A DNA stretch of 64,000 bases from Lama guanicoe (Eukaryota): contig MU053792.1 in the NCBI GenBank assembly GCA_013239625.1, forward strand, positions 1,196,112 through 1,260,111, read 5' to 3'. Below the pieces are notes generated by a model, which searched no databases, was not told the origin of the DNA, and saw nothing but the letters and a program-made list of their open reading frames with translations. This document shows positions 24,515-37,463 of the stretch, one piece after another. Both the position numbers and the translations under genes were made by a program. Every line of letters begins with the position of its first letter. Within the stretch, counting starts at the first letter, position 1.

Positions 24515-26035
24515 CAGCTTTGAGGTATACTTGGCAGAATAATTTTTACATATTTAAAGTGTACAACTTAAAACATTTTGACATAAGTGTATCCCCGAGA
24601 AACCATGACCACACTCGGGACAGTGAACATACCTATCACGCACAAAACTTCTCTCCTGCCTTTTGTTGTCCCTCCCTCCCTCCCCATCTCTTCCCCTGGA
24701 AACCATTGATCTGTTTTCTATCACAACATATTGGTTTGCATTTTCAAGATTCTTGTATGGATGGATTCATGCAGTATCTACTCTATGTTGCCTGACTTCT
24801 TTCATTATTTTTCTTATAGCAGAGTATTGTTTAGTGTTGAGTTTTTTCTGAATAGTTCATTGTGAGCAGTGTTTGGCTAGACCATCATTTGTTTCTCCAT
24901 TTACTTCTTGATGGATGCATGGGTCATTTACAATACAATGTTGGCTATTATAAATAAAAGTGCAGTGAATATTTGGTTACAAGTCTTTGTATGGACATAT
25001 GCTTTTATTTTCTAAAGCACCAGATGAGGAATGTCTGGGTCATATGGTAGATAGGTGTTTACCTTTTTTTAAGAAACTGCTAAACAGTTTTCCGAAATGA
25101 TTGTATTATTGTAAATTCCTCGTGGTGTGTATCAGTTCTGGTTGCTCTACTTCCTTGGCAGCACTTTGTGAGGTAAGTCTTTATAATCATATTCATTCTA
25201 GTATGTATGTGTACTGGTATCTCACTGTGGTTTTTAAAAGCATTTCTCTAATGACTAATAGCATCTTTAATCAGCATCTTTTCATATGCTTATTATCCAT
25301 CTGGGAATCTTTAATGAAGTGTGTTTTCAGGTCTGGCTCATTGTCATTCGGTTTATTATTGAATTTTGAGAGTTCTTTATTCCGGATCAGATGCAAAGAG
25401 AGATCTTTGTATCTGATCACCTTTATCAGATATATGATCTGCAAATAGTTTCTGTTTCTGTCTGGCTTGTCTTTTCACTTGCTCAGCAGTGTTTAAGAAG
25501 ACTTTGAAGTCTTCATTTTGATAAAGTTTACTGTATCAGTTTCTTTTTTAAATAGATTATACTTTTGGTGTCATAGCAAAGAAATATTTGCCAAACCCAA
25601 GGTCATAAAGTTTAAGCCTATGCTTTTTTTCTCTTAGATGTTTTATAGTTTTAGATTTTCTATTAAGATTTATGATCCACTTTGAGTTAATTTTTGTGTA
25701 TGTGGTGAGGTATGGATCAAAGTTCTTTTTTTTTTTTTTGCATATGGGTATCTAATTGTTCCAGCACTGCTTGTTGAAAAGACCCCTTTTCACTGCATCC
25801 TTATTGAGAATTAATTTCCTATGTAAGTGTTGGTTTAGTTCTGAACATTCTATTCCATTCCATTATTCTGTTTTCCTGTTTTCCACCAATGCCATACTTT
25901 CCGATTACTGTAGCTTTATTAAAAAAAAGTCTAAAAAAATCAGGTAGTGTCAGTCTTCCAAGTTTGTTCAAAGTTGTTTTGGATATTTGGGATCCTTCGC
26001 ATTTTTATATAAATTTTAGGATCAGATTTTAAGTT
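24515..26035 (-). mobile_element. Old L1 (L1MB/MC-like) 3' portion
   Basis: cagctttgaggtata... start, then antisense ORF2 motifs (tatgatccactttgagttaatttttgt; ttgttccagcactgcttgttgaaaagac). Confidence 0.9.
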
Positions 26036-27678
26036 CTCTTCCTTACATCCTGTTCTGCCAAAATTCCACCCATTTCTTTGTCCATCTCTAAAGCCACATT
26101 TTCTGAAGAAGTCTCTAGATCCCAGGTGAAAGGAATTTCTCTTTCGTTTGTGCTCCATTCACATGTCATAATATTTGATTGCATTTAGTCATATTTGGCT
26201 GAAACCTCTCAAGATTAGGAATCTTGACTTGTCCCTTTGCTGAGAAAACTAGTTCTATGCTTTGCAGGAGTGAGCCCTGCAGTAAGAGGTATCTGCAGCA
26301 CACATCTAGCTCATTGCTTGCATGTTGTCAAGGAATCCTGCAGATTTAGAATTGTTTATTGATTGTTGTGTCCAAGACGGCTCAGTCTTTATTATTTCTG
26401 TTGCTCCTGCTGCACTGTCAAAGAGCAATGGGCTAATTATTTTCCAAATATCAAAACAAACTGTAATTGACTTGTGATGCTAATTATGTGCTGCTGTGTC
26501 TTAACAACCCGCTTAGTGTTCACACACCCCTTCACTCAAGCAACTTTTGGGAGAATGTCGTATCCTTAGAGATAGCAATGCTGTCTTTGGCAACCTGAGC
26601 AGCAGTATCTGAACTCACTCCTGCTGTATTTCCAGTGTCCCCTCTAGCCCTCTTCCTGCCCTCCACGGGGGACCTGCAGTTCTGCCCTCTAAAAGCTTGT
26701 TGTTTCTCAGGAAGACTTTTCATATGAAATATAATCATGTCCTTCCTGTGGGGACATTCAGTCCAGAGACCTGACAGCAGAGGAAAATGTTTAGTCTGCT
26801 TTTGGTAGGCCCTAAACTGTTCCATACTTACTAGAAGCAAATCCAATGAAAAAACTGTGTTGGCATCTAACAAATCAGCATAAATGTCTGATGAGGAAGA
26901 TCAGCTTCCCCATCCCACTCAGGCGTCATGTTGATGTGACTCTCACCTTGGCTAACATTTTCTCCTGTGAGCAACGTAAGGTTCAAGATGTTAGGAATGG
27001 CTTTTTGTTTTTCTTCCTTAGTCTTTCCACATTCATTGTGTCTGGCGAGATTATATAATCCTGTTTATTTCCAGACCAGCACTAATCTTTTTTAAAGGAT
27101 CACATGTTTAAAAGGCCAGTGGGCAATTTGTTAGAAGATAGAAATCCTCTTAGATTTTGGTCCTAAAGTCAAATTTTGGTTAGTGGTGAATGAAAATTCC
27201 CCTTAAAATTTTAAATACAGTGATATAAAAATTTAAAAGTAATTAAATATTAGTCGATTTCATTAAACACTGTATCACTTATTCACCTTTAAGCCTGTTT
27301 CTGTGGCAATTTTGCAATGATTCCCTCTCTTTACTGATTCCCTCTTTATCAGAGTCCTTGAGAGGCCCTGTCATCACTGTCAGGATCATCAGCACCATCA
27401 TGCAACTGATTCCTCTGGAAGAGTCTAGGGAAGTCTAGGAAAATAGAGATGGATGGGGATACGTGTAGGTGAGTGTGTGCGTATACCGTAAGAACAGTTA
27501 TCAAATGTTAGATGCACAATATCCATTCCGTTTAGAGAAGAATGTGGCCATGAAATCCTGATGTGGTGAACAAAGGAAGTGGTGGGAACAGGATGGTCAA
27601 TGGAAAGGAGGAGAAAGTGAGCAAAGCTGGGAGCATAGATCCTCAGCTAGGAGATCACGTTGGTGTGAATGACAGGAG

Positions 27679-28442
27679 TGTGGTGGCAGAATAATGTGCC
27701 CCCCCCGCGGGGTAGCCACCTATGACATGTTACTGTACACGGCCAAAGGGATGACACATATTTTAGGATAAAAATCTTAGAGGACTTCTGTCTTCTAAAT
27801 TGTCTACTAGTTAGCCTTTTAAACCGATGATACATTATTAAAGATTAGTGCCGGGCCACAAATAAACAGGAGTCATATAATCTCACCAGATGTCCTGAAT
27901 GTGGAAAGACTTAAGAAAGAAAAACAAAAAGCCGTTCACAAGTGTCTTGAACCTTTAATTGCTCATGAGAGGAAACATTACCCATGGTGAGTGTCACAGC
28001 CACATACATAATGCCTGAGTGGGGTAGGAAAAGGGGATCCTGATATGAGAAAATAGGGAGAGTAGCCTGGATTGCCCAGGTGGGCCCAGTGTAATCACAG
28101 GGGTCCTTAAAAGCAGAGGACATTTCCCAGTTGAGCTTAGGGTCAGAGGGAGGTGTAGCCATGGAGCACAAGTTCAGAAAGGCTGCTGGCCATGAAGATG
28201 GAGGAAGTCATGGGGCACAAGCTAAGGAAGGTGGATGACCTCTGGAAACTGGAAAAAAACAAGGAAACACTCTCTTCTAGACCCTCCAGAAGGCAGGCAG
28301 GCACCCTGCTGGTACCTTGAATTATCCCAATGAGAACTGTGTTGGACCCCTGACCTCCACAGCTATAAGGTGATAAATCCTTGCTGGTTTAAGCCATTAA
28401 GTTTCTGGAAATTTGTAATAGTAGTAATAGAAAAGTAACATA
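27679..28442 (+). mobile_element. MLT1 (MaLR) LTR interrupted by an insert of about 270 bp (about 27783-28051)
   Basis: tgtggtggcagaataatg start, cctggattgcccaggtgggcccagtgtaatcacagggtcctta, and terminal ttgctggtttaagccattaagtttctggaaatttgt. Confidence 0.8.
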
Positions 28443-28761
28443 GGGAGGGGGTGTGTAAGGGATTAAAGGTCTGGGATGGGGTGTGGAGGGGATTCTGACA
28501 TTCAACACCTAAAACAAATGAGGTGAAGTGGGAAGATGGTATCCTCAAGCCAAGTTTTAGGGAGAACTATGTGGCAGACTGGAATGAGGAGAGCATTGGA
28601 GTAGAGGAATCAATGAAACCTCTACCAGGAAAATGAGTAAAATGTCACAGGGCTTCAGTGGTAGTGGATGTAGGAAAGGAAAAGGGCGCAGAGAGAGATA
28701 AGCGTTAATTTGAAGGAATTAGTATAGGTTGGATGACAGCAAGCTGGGGAAAGTTAGCCGA

Positions 28762-29116
28762 TGTGTGGACTGAATGGGTCCCCTTGAAATCCATATGTTG
28801 AAACCGGATCTCCCAGTGTGATGGTATTGGGAGGTGGGGCCTTTGGGAGGTGATTAGTAGGATAAAATGAGGTCATGAGAGTAGAGCCCTCATGAATGGG
28901 ATTAGCGCCCTTATAACGGGCCCCAGAAACTTGCCTCTCTCTGCTCTCAGCCCCATGAAGATAGTGCGAAGACAGCCATCTTCAAGCCATGAAGCCAGTT
29001 GTCTCCCAGATACCTTCATCTTGAACATCTCAGCCTCCAAAACTTGAGGAATATGCTGGTTGTTTAAGCTGCCTGACCCATGGTAACTTGTTACAGCATC
29101 CCAGACTGACTAAGGC
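28762..29116 (+). mobile_element. MLT1A-like MaLR LTR
   Basis: tgtgatggtattgggaggtggggcctttgggaggtgattag, catgaatgggattagcgcccttata, and a gactaagg end. Confidence 0.85.
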
Positions 29117-30125
29117 AGTGGAGAATGCCTCCAAGTTTGGAACTGATTGCCTGGAGAATGCTTAAACTCAGGGGAGTGGGTGGCACATAGGTTAACTCAT
29201 TTAATCCTGCCAGCACAGTAGGAGGTAGAGTCTACATATTCCTCAGTATTTAAAAGGTAAGGAAGAAGAGGCACAAATCAGTTAAGAAAAATAGAAGAAG
29301 AATTTGTCCACGATTCACACAGAAACCCTCAGAGGTAGAGTGAGAATTTATACTCAGGCAGGCTGGCCCCAGAGCCCCTGCTTTTTAACTATGAAATCAG
29401 ATCACCTTGCTTATGTGGATCAATTTTTTTCAACTGTGATATTAGGGTACTGTGCCCAGTAACTTATAATTTCAAAATACCTCACTATAAGGGAATCGTT
29501 AGTCACGGGCATTACAAACCACAGAAAGGCAGACATACAAAAATAACTCTTTAGGGCAAGAAACCCACTAATGTTTCTAAACATCATACATACTGAGCCT
29601 TTGAAGTAAAATGTTTATTTATAATTCTGCCTGGGTACAGAATAACTTCATTATTCTGCATGTGGCTGATGGCTCCCAAAAGAGGACAGCACAGGCCTAG
29701 AGAACTTAAATGACTTGCCCAGCCTCGCCCAGGAAGCTCGTGGTGGGATCAGTGCTACAATCTGGAAGTTTTCCGTCCTATCCAGCAAGTCCCTCATGGG
29801 GGCTTAGAAGCTTCTCCTTTGGTGCCCAGCTGTCTGTCCCTGCTTAAGACATCTTGTCAGGTGTCCCAGCCTGCTCCTGAACAGCAGCCAGTATCCACTC
29901 CTGCTCCTTTCTGACCAGGTAATACCTCTTAGCAGCTTCCATTGCCTCTTGGCATCAGTTCTTACCTGGAAGGGTAGTGGCTAGATGGAAATGTGTCCAC
30001 ATGAGCAGAGTGACAGACTTTTCATAAACATAGCAGGAGTGGGCAAGAGAAGGAAAAGTCAGGAAGAAAGACCAGTGGAAGCAAGTCATTAAATACACCA
30101 AATGGATACTTTCAAGGTATGTTTG

Positions 30126-30652
30126 TGTTTCTGAGTCCAAACTCATTCTTTTCCCTGCATGACAGGCCAGTAAATTGGGAGACCAGGTTTTGGGGCAAGT
30201 AATGGTGACTTTATTTGGAAAGCCAGCTGACCAAGAAGATGGTCAACTAATGTACTGGAGAAGCATCTTACCCAAGTTAAAATTCAGGCTCCTTTTATAT
30301 TAAAAAGGGGCAGGGGGTGTGCTTGGTTGTTGCAAACTTCTTGGTGTAGGAGTTCTTTGTTGTTAGAATCCTTTGTTCTTGCAGCTGTCCACCTGGGTCA
30401 GATCCCTGTAAACCTCCAACAAACATGTTATTTTCCATTCTGCAGCTTCTTATCTTTATATGAATGGAACAGTGTTAATATTCTTAAAGCTCAGAGCCTT
30501 GAGAATATGCTCTCCTGTATATTTCAGACTCTAGGCAACATTGTTTTACAAAAGGTGCAGAACCAGCAAGACTAAGCCTAGGAGACAGAGCACAGGGTTA
30601 AAGTCAAAGGAACAGATATAATGTCGAGTCCGATTTGTTCTTTTCTATTACA
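30126..30652 (-). mobile_element. Solo ERV LTR
   Basis: TG...CA termini. Reverse-complement match to 31289-31802. Confidence 0.88.
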
Positions 30653-31288
30653 GTGGTGCCATGGAGAAGGCAGTTTGGGCAGCTTTTTATGGGGCCTTGG
30701 AGCCTTTGTGTCTTGGCCTCTGGGTGCCTTTATTGAAAACCCTTTCTAGCTGTCTGGCCTGCTGGAAATTCACTCCACGTGTTTTGCCTTGAAGATGTGT
30801 TCTGTTTATAGCATTTCTACTCCTTGGGAAACAACTCAATAAAACTCAATTGGTTTTCCACCAGCCCTGTGCAGGTGTGAGGGATAGCATGTTGTTACTT
30901 TATTAAAAACAAATAATAAAAGAAGTCATAAAACAGCACTGGGCACATAGTAGAGAGTCAAATGCTTCCCAGCTTAAAGCAAAAGTGATGGCTCAGTGTT
31001 TTCATGGATGCTGTATTTGCTGAACTAGTTAGTCCTTCCCTCCATTAACTTTTTTTTAACTGGAAAAAAATACATATGGTAAAAAAAATTAAATCAGAGC
31101 ACAAAACTACACAAGGGAAAGGTTTCCCTCATCTGTTCACTCAGCCTTCCCTGGAGATGCCACTGTTTACAACCTTTGTGTGCTTTTCGAAATATGCTAT
31201 GCACATTCCAATCTATGTGTGTAAATTCCTTTAAAGTTTTACTTATTTTTAACCTAAAGGGATTTAAATCCTCAAGTGGCTTCTGCCC

Positions 31289-31802
31289 CGTAATAGAAAA
31301 GTACAAATGTGACTCCATATTACATCTGTTCCTTTGACTTTAACCCTGTGCTTTGTCTCCCAGGCTTAGTCTTTCTGGTTCTGCACCTTTTGTAAAACAG
31401 TGTTGCCTAGAGCCTGAAATATACAGGAGAGCCTATTCTCAAGGCTATGAGCTTTAAGGATATTAATACTGTTCCATTCATATAAAGATAACAAGCTGCA
31501 GAATGGAAAATAACATTTGTTTCCTTGGAGATTTACAAGAATCTGTCCCAGGTGGAGAGCTGCAAGAACAAATGATTCTAACAAAGAACTTCCTACACCA
31601 AGAAGTTTGCAACAACTAAGCATACCCCCTGACCCTTTTTAGTATAAAAGGAGCCTGAAATCTGACTTGGGGAAGATGCTTCTCAAGGACATTAGTTTGC
31701 CATCTAGGTCTGCAGAAATTTGCTATTCCATGCCTCAACACCTGGTCTCTGGATTTATTGGCCTGTCCTGTGGTGAGCAGAATGAGTTTGGACTCTGTAA
31801 CA
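31289..31802 (+). mobile_element. Solo ERV LTR
   Basis: cgtaatagaaaag...ggactctgtaaca, with TATA-like tataaaa at about 31643. Inverted relative of 30126-30652. Confidence 0.88.
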
Positions 31803-32089
31803 CTCCTATCTGCCTAGCAAGCTGGGTGCTGGAATTGAGGACAGCTCTCCAAACCCAGGGACCTACTGTGGGACCTTGAAGGGCCCCCTATCGCAGAGAG
31901 TGGTTTATCCAGGAGGGATGGGGACTATGCACCAACACTCAGGCAGTCTGCTCTGTCTGGGGCTCTGATCTTATACTTCCTCTCCCGCCCACCCACCACC
32001 TGAGATAGTGCAGCTAAGGCAGAGATCGTCCCTGCGTCAGTTTCCCATCCTGTAAGAGGGCAATTTATACTGTACCCAAGGTGGTTTTG

Positions 32090-33250
32090 AGCGACAACGC
32101 CTGCGGGTGCTAAGTTCTCAGAGTGACAGGAAACTCAGCTCTCCGCGGGGATAGCAGGTGTGATCCCCGTAGAGGTTCTGCAGGGGCCTAGGCTGGGGGG
32201 CTTGACCAGGGAGGTGAAATTTGAGCTGCGGGCCTTGAGAGGTTAGAGAGGGGCGCGGAGGCAGGACTGGCGCCTCCTTTGGGGTGCCCCTGAAGGTAAA
32301 GCTTTTTTCCTCTATCTCACCTACTCTCCTTCCTCCAGATCCCTCCCTACTCCCTCCTACTTCTGTCCACCTCTCTGCCTCTACTTTCCCCCCTCTTCCG
32401 CTCCCAACTTCTCCCTCCCTCGCTTCCCCAGCGTGTCTCTTCTGCGCATGCGCACGGTCAGTGCGGGCTGGACCGCGGGTCCGAAGCGCCAGCTCCGAGC
32501 CGGCATCGGCCGCAGAGGCTGCTCGGTCCGCCGCCCGCCTGGCCGTTGGCTCCTGCCCCGGGCCGGGGCCTCCGGCTGTGGAGTTGTAAGGTAGGGGGAC
32601 TCCGGCGAAGAGGGTCCGCGTATCACAGCCCGCGAGGGCGCACGTGAGCGCGCGTCCAGCTGAGGGGCTCGCGCCAGCCTCCTCTGCCCGCACCGCCTGC
32701 CCCAGCGCCCCGGCCACACCTGTCCAGGGCGCTCGCCTGCCGGGGACCGGCCACCCCCCGTTCCCGGCCCGGCCCGCAGCTGCCGCCGCGTCTCGCCCTA
32801 GCCGGGCTTCCCTCAGTCCGCGGCCGGCGTCCCCTTCCCCTCTCCCGCCCGCGAGTCCTCTCCTCCCGGGTTTCCTCTCCTCGGCCGCCGACCCGTCCCC
32901 GCCCCTGGGTCGGCTGTGTCCGGGACCGGTGGGGTCTGCGGACCCGGGCGGGGGCTGGGACTGGCCTTCGAGCGGGGCTGCAGCCCGCGCCCCCCGCCGC
33001 TTTCCCTGCCCCCCAACCCCGGGGCTGCCCTCCTCTCCCTTTCCCGCTCCTCGAGGTCCAGCTCTGCGGTGTGGGCGCTGCTCCCCGGGCTGAGAGCCTC
33101 TGGCTGTAAAGCCCAGCTTCTCCTGGCGGAGCCTTAGAAAGAGAGCGTGCATTGGTCTTCTCCCTCAGTGTTTCTGCCCCAGGTAAGTACCTTTGAACAC
33201 TTTCGGGTGTTAGGATAGGGGTGCTCGTTGATGTCACGTGTTTTTATAGC
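32090..33250 (+). promoter_or_regulatory. CpG-island promoter, probable 5' end of the TRAPPC9-derived unit
   Basis: CpG-dense. Palindromic NRF1 site TGCGCATGCGCA at 32443-32454, E-box CACGTG at 32641, GC boxes, and donors AAG|GTAGGG (32590/1) and CAG|GTAAGT (33182/3). Confidence 0.75.
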
Positions 33251-34199
33251 GAGAGGGATTACAGTGTTGAAAGCAGGGCTTGGTTCAGTTATAAATGAGC
33301 TGAAGGCGGGAGGCTGTGACATCCTCCATCCTCCCCCCCCTCCCAGGTGTAACCCGTGACCGTCGTTTTTAAAAAGATAGTTACAGTTCCTAACTAGTCC
33401 AGCCCAGCTAGTGTGTGTTAACAGGAACAGCACTACCAGGGGCATTTTGGAGACCCAGGGACATTGCAGTCCTCAAGATCTGGAAAATTTTTGTTTGGTT
33501 TTCTTTTTCTTAAATTGTGGGGCTGACTAGTAGTATAGAGGGAAAAACAGTTGTCAAGGACTATTTTTTTTTCATGTAACAGCTTTATTGTGATACTGTT
33601 CACACACCATGAAGTCCAGCCATTTAAATGGTACAATTCAGTGGCTTTTAGTATATTCACAGTGGTGTAACCGTTATTATTCCAGAATGTTTTCATTGCT
33701 TCAGAAAAACAGTGGAAATGAATGACCTATCCACTCCTCCCCAGCGGTGGTTCTAAAGAAATTTCTTGGCTGTTCCTGACCATAAGTTAATTTGTTACAT
33801 TCCGTGAAAAATCTGGTAGGAATTCTAATCAGAATTGCATTGAATCTATATCAGAATGGGGAGAATTAATGTTTTTATGACATTAACTTTTTCTACCCAT
33901 GAATATATCTGGGACCCTATCTTCATCTCTCTCGAGTCTGGCCGATGGGAGGTGCGCAGTAATTGTTGGGTCTGTGAATGATGAGATTATATATATGGTT
34001 AGTTGCAACTGTAGCCTTTCACAAAAGAGGAAAAACCTCAGTGAAGCTACGTGACTCCTCGATGGTCAGAGTGACAGCCAATGCTGGAGTGATCCAGTGG
34101 ACTTGGTGCTTGTAACCAGAGTTCTCTGCCACCTACAGCTAATGGGATTACAATGTTCTTTATTTTTTTTTTATGGCGTTGCTTTTACTTACTTTTAAA

Positions 34200-34490
34200 A
34201 TTCTTATTTTTGATTGAAGTGTAGTCAGTTTACAATGTTAGTTTCAGGTGTACAGCAGCGATTCAGTTACATATATGCTTATGTACATATATATATTTCA
34301 GGCTGTTTTTATTACATTTCATTATAAGAAATTGAATATAGTTCCGTGTGCTACACAGCAGGCCCTTGTTTATTTATTTTATATATATTAATGTGTATGT
34401 GTTAATCTCAAACTCCTAATCTGTCCCTGCCCCCTTTCCTGCCTGCTAACCACAGTTTGCTTTCTATGTCCATGAGTCTGTTTCTACAAG
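34200..34490 (-). mobile_element. L1 3' UTR fragment
   Basis: ttgaagtgtagtcagtttacaatgttagtttcaggtgtacagc...ttgaatatagttcc. Confidence 0.8.
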
Positions 34491-36699
34491 CGCCGTCTTT
34501 GCTAGTAATACATGCTGGTTGGCTGCTTTCAGTTTCAGTAATTCCATCTTATCTGTGGGCGTTTTTCTCCTGGTGGGCCTGCATGTGGTTTGCACACGTG
34601 GTAATAGAGATCTGTATTTGGGAGAACTCCGGGCCTCTTGTAGTGCCTGGCACGCAGCGCCCGCTGAGCTCATGCTTGAACTGGGAAAAACCATAGTAAA
34701 GGTTGGAATTTGCACTATGGTTCAGACTAGTGGGTTTCTGTAACTTATGTTTAGCCCACCTTAATGTTGGCTGCACCCATACTAGGTAATTTGGTGGAAC
34801 TGCATGGTGTGGCGATGTAGAGACAGGGCCTTGTCTGCTTCTTCTTCCTTTTTTCTAACACTCATTCTCCTGGGCCTCCCAGATCCTCCCCTAGCAGTGC
34901 CCAGGGCTGGCTTGGTGCTGTGCTGAGGCAATATTTGTTATTAAGGCCCTTTCCTCATCTCTTCTGCGCTTCCATTTCCTTCTCTGCACAATGAGGGCTC
35001 AGACTAGATAAGTGCTTTTCAGTTTCTTTTAAACCCATGTCTCCTTTTGAGAAACAGAAAACCCAAATCTCTCCTCCCATCCCAACCCTTCAGATTTTGA
35101 TACGTCCTCCAAGGGGTGACATAGCTCTTTGTGGAAAGTTGATGTGATTTTGGTTCTTTCCAGGTGGTGCAGAAAAGACTCTTCAGAGATTTATTGTACG
35201 GAGGGGGCAGGAGGGGAGCAGTATGTCACACTTTCTAGTGTGAGAGCATTGAAGCAGGGGCTTAGGTTTAATTACAGCCTCTGACATGGCCTCTCTCTAA
35301 TCTTGCACAATGTGATAAACCTGTTTTCCGCAGTTTCTTCATGTGTCAACTTGGGGTGACATTATTTTAGGGTTTTTGTGAGACAATATACACATAAGCC
35401 ATTTGTGTCTCAGTAGAAACATGACCTGTTAGGGAGTCAGGGATTTTTTTTTTTTTTAAAATCTTGTCCATACATAGCACTCTGTTCTATGTGTATTTGA
35501 AGTTCCTGGAGGATGCGAATTGAGTCTAAAGTCCATCATAGGACAGGTGGCCCTGGGTCTGCGTGTCCTAGATTGCCCCCTCCTCCCCAGTCCTCCTCCT
35601 CTCAGTCCAGGATGAAGTTCCCCATTAGAAGTACACACAGGTCTTGTGGAAACAGCTTTTAATTTTATTTAACTGGGGAGGGCTGCTGTCATGATTTCCG
35701 TGGTCAGGTTTTGGTAACATGAAGGCTATGCAGTTGGGGGTTCCTATTTAAGAAAAAGAAAACAAAATTATAAATACAAAATTAGACCTGGGCTGTGGCA
35801 GGGGCTCTTGGAAGTGGGGACCATTAACTTTGTTAGCTTCAGGTGCAGTGGCCTCTGGCCACGAGGACCCATCCTCGTGCTCTGAAGTTGGAGGGACCAG
35901 TGGGTTCACTGGGAATGTTTACTGAGTGTGTCTCATGGGGTGGGCGTTGTCCTGTTTGCACTGTGTGTTCCTTATTTGAGACAGTGAGCTCATTTAATCT
36001 CAACAGCCTCTTTAAAAAATTAGACTTTTTATTTTGAGATACAGTGTAGATTCCCATGCAGTTGTAAGTGGTAATAGGGAGAGAGCTTATGGACTCTTTG
36101 CCCGATTTTCTTTAATGATACCATCTTGCAAAGTTGTGCTACAATTCATTATTAACTCACTAACCTTTTGAGGTTTGTGTTATTACCCTCATTTCTGTTC
36201 ATGATTAAACGGGGGCTTAGAGAAGCACACAGGCCTGCCCAGGTCACCAACATGGTTAGTGCAGAGTCAAGGGTGGAACGTGGGCTTGGGATTTCCAGGC
36301 AGTACCATTATGATGGTCTGAGGCAGGGAGCAGCATTCACTTTGCTTGTTTATTCATTCATTCAACAAACATTTATTGAGTAACCTCCGTGGGTCAGATG
36401 CTTTCATAGGGTTATCTAATTCTTCAGCAGTACTGGGAATCAGGTAATGTTTTCTTTTTTTTATCTGAGAAAATTAGCTCTGAGAGGTTATAAAACCCCC
36501 CAAAGGAAACACAACTCATAAAAGAGGGATAGTAAATGTGTACAGTTCCCCCTTTTTATGCAGGTGGTACTGTAGGCATTTTGCATTTGCAAACTTCCTT
36601 AATCCAGATATATTCTTTTAAGGGAAGTTTTTTTTTAATTGAAGTATAGTCAAGTTTACAGTTGGTCAATTGCAAGGTGGTTTTTTTAATTTTGAATTT

Positions 36700-36849
36700 T
36701 TTAAAAAAATTATTTTTTGACGAGGAGGTAATAAGGCTTATTTGTTTATTTATTTCACTTTTTTTTTTTAATAAAGGCACTGGGGATTGAACCCAGGACC
36801 TCGTGCATGCCAAGCGTGTGCTCTACCACTGAACTGTACCCTCCTCCCC
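36700..36849 (-). mobile_element. tRNA-derived SINE (camelid Vic-1-like)
   Basis: ctggggattgaacccaggacctcgtgcatgccaagcgtgtgctctaccactgaact is an antisense tRNA-like head with A and B boxes, plus a T-rich tail. Confidence 0.85.
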
Positions 36850-37078
36850 AAGGCATGTTTTCTTATCGCCATTATTTTGCAGCTTAGGAGCTCAAGTAGA
36901 TTGGAGTTCAAATCCAGATCTTCTGATCCCACTGTGGTTCTTTTCAGTATATTCTGCTGAGGGGTGGGGAAGCAGTTCCTTTGTTTATTCCTTTATTCAG
37001 CATTTTTGAGCACTGACTTTGCATCAGGGCCTGGCTAGGTGTTGGAAACAGAAAACAAGAAATGACCCTTTTCTGCAG

Positions 37079-37463
37079 CGGATGGAAGCCTAGACCAAGA
37101 GCTACCTCAAGGTCTTGGGGCTTGCGTCACCAACACTGACTGCTTCTTGGCCAAGAACTGGCCGCAGACCTTTGAGAAGCTCTATGTGCAGAGGAGCTGT
37201 GTGACACCATGCTCTATGACTTTCAGCTCTTTGTCTTTGGGCTTCATGGGGAGGTGGCTGAGCAGCTGCGCACCAACATGGCCTTCAAACTACGAGGACT
37301 GCGGGACGGTGGAGAAGAGGGTCGAGGACTTCACTGAGTCACTCTTCATTGTGCTCGAGTTCAAGTGCCTGGATGGGGCCACCAACAAGTCTGGGGACAA
37401 GATCTGCCTCCTCTGCATCCCATTTAAGAAGGAGGACTTGGTGGGACTGGACACAGACAGCAG
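37079..37463 (+). pseudogene. TRAPPC9: TRAPPC9 first coding exon (exon 2) remnant, 5' part lost
   Basis: Frame-corrected: KVLGL/[111 protein letters not shown]. Recalled human: [119 protein letters not shown]. Homology starts at about 37103, and the donor is CAG|GTAAGT. Confidence 0.95.

Noticed and set aside
27885..27980. C2H2 zinc finger (RCPECGKT ... LIAHERKH)
   Set aside because: The two halves are in different frames, with an intervening stop and wrong spacing. A different single open frame explains the segment better.
1..32000. CHRAC1 or AGO2 remnants co-duplicated upstream of TRAPPC9
   Set aside because: Looked for by eye and not found. TBLASTN/BLASTN would be needed to exclude degraded or UTR-only relics.
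32118..33237. 344-aa and 204-aa minus-strand ORFs
   Set aside because: Low-complexity translations of a CpG island with overlapping ORFs in many frames and no recognisable domain.
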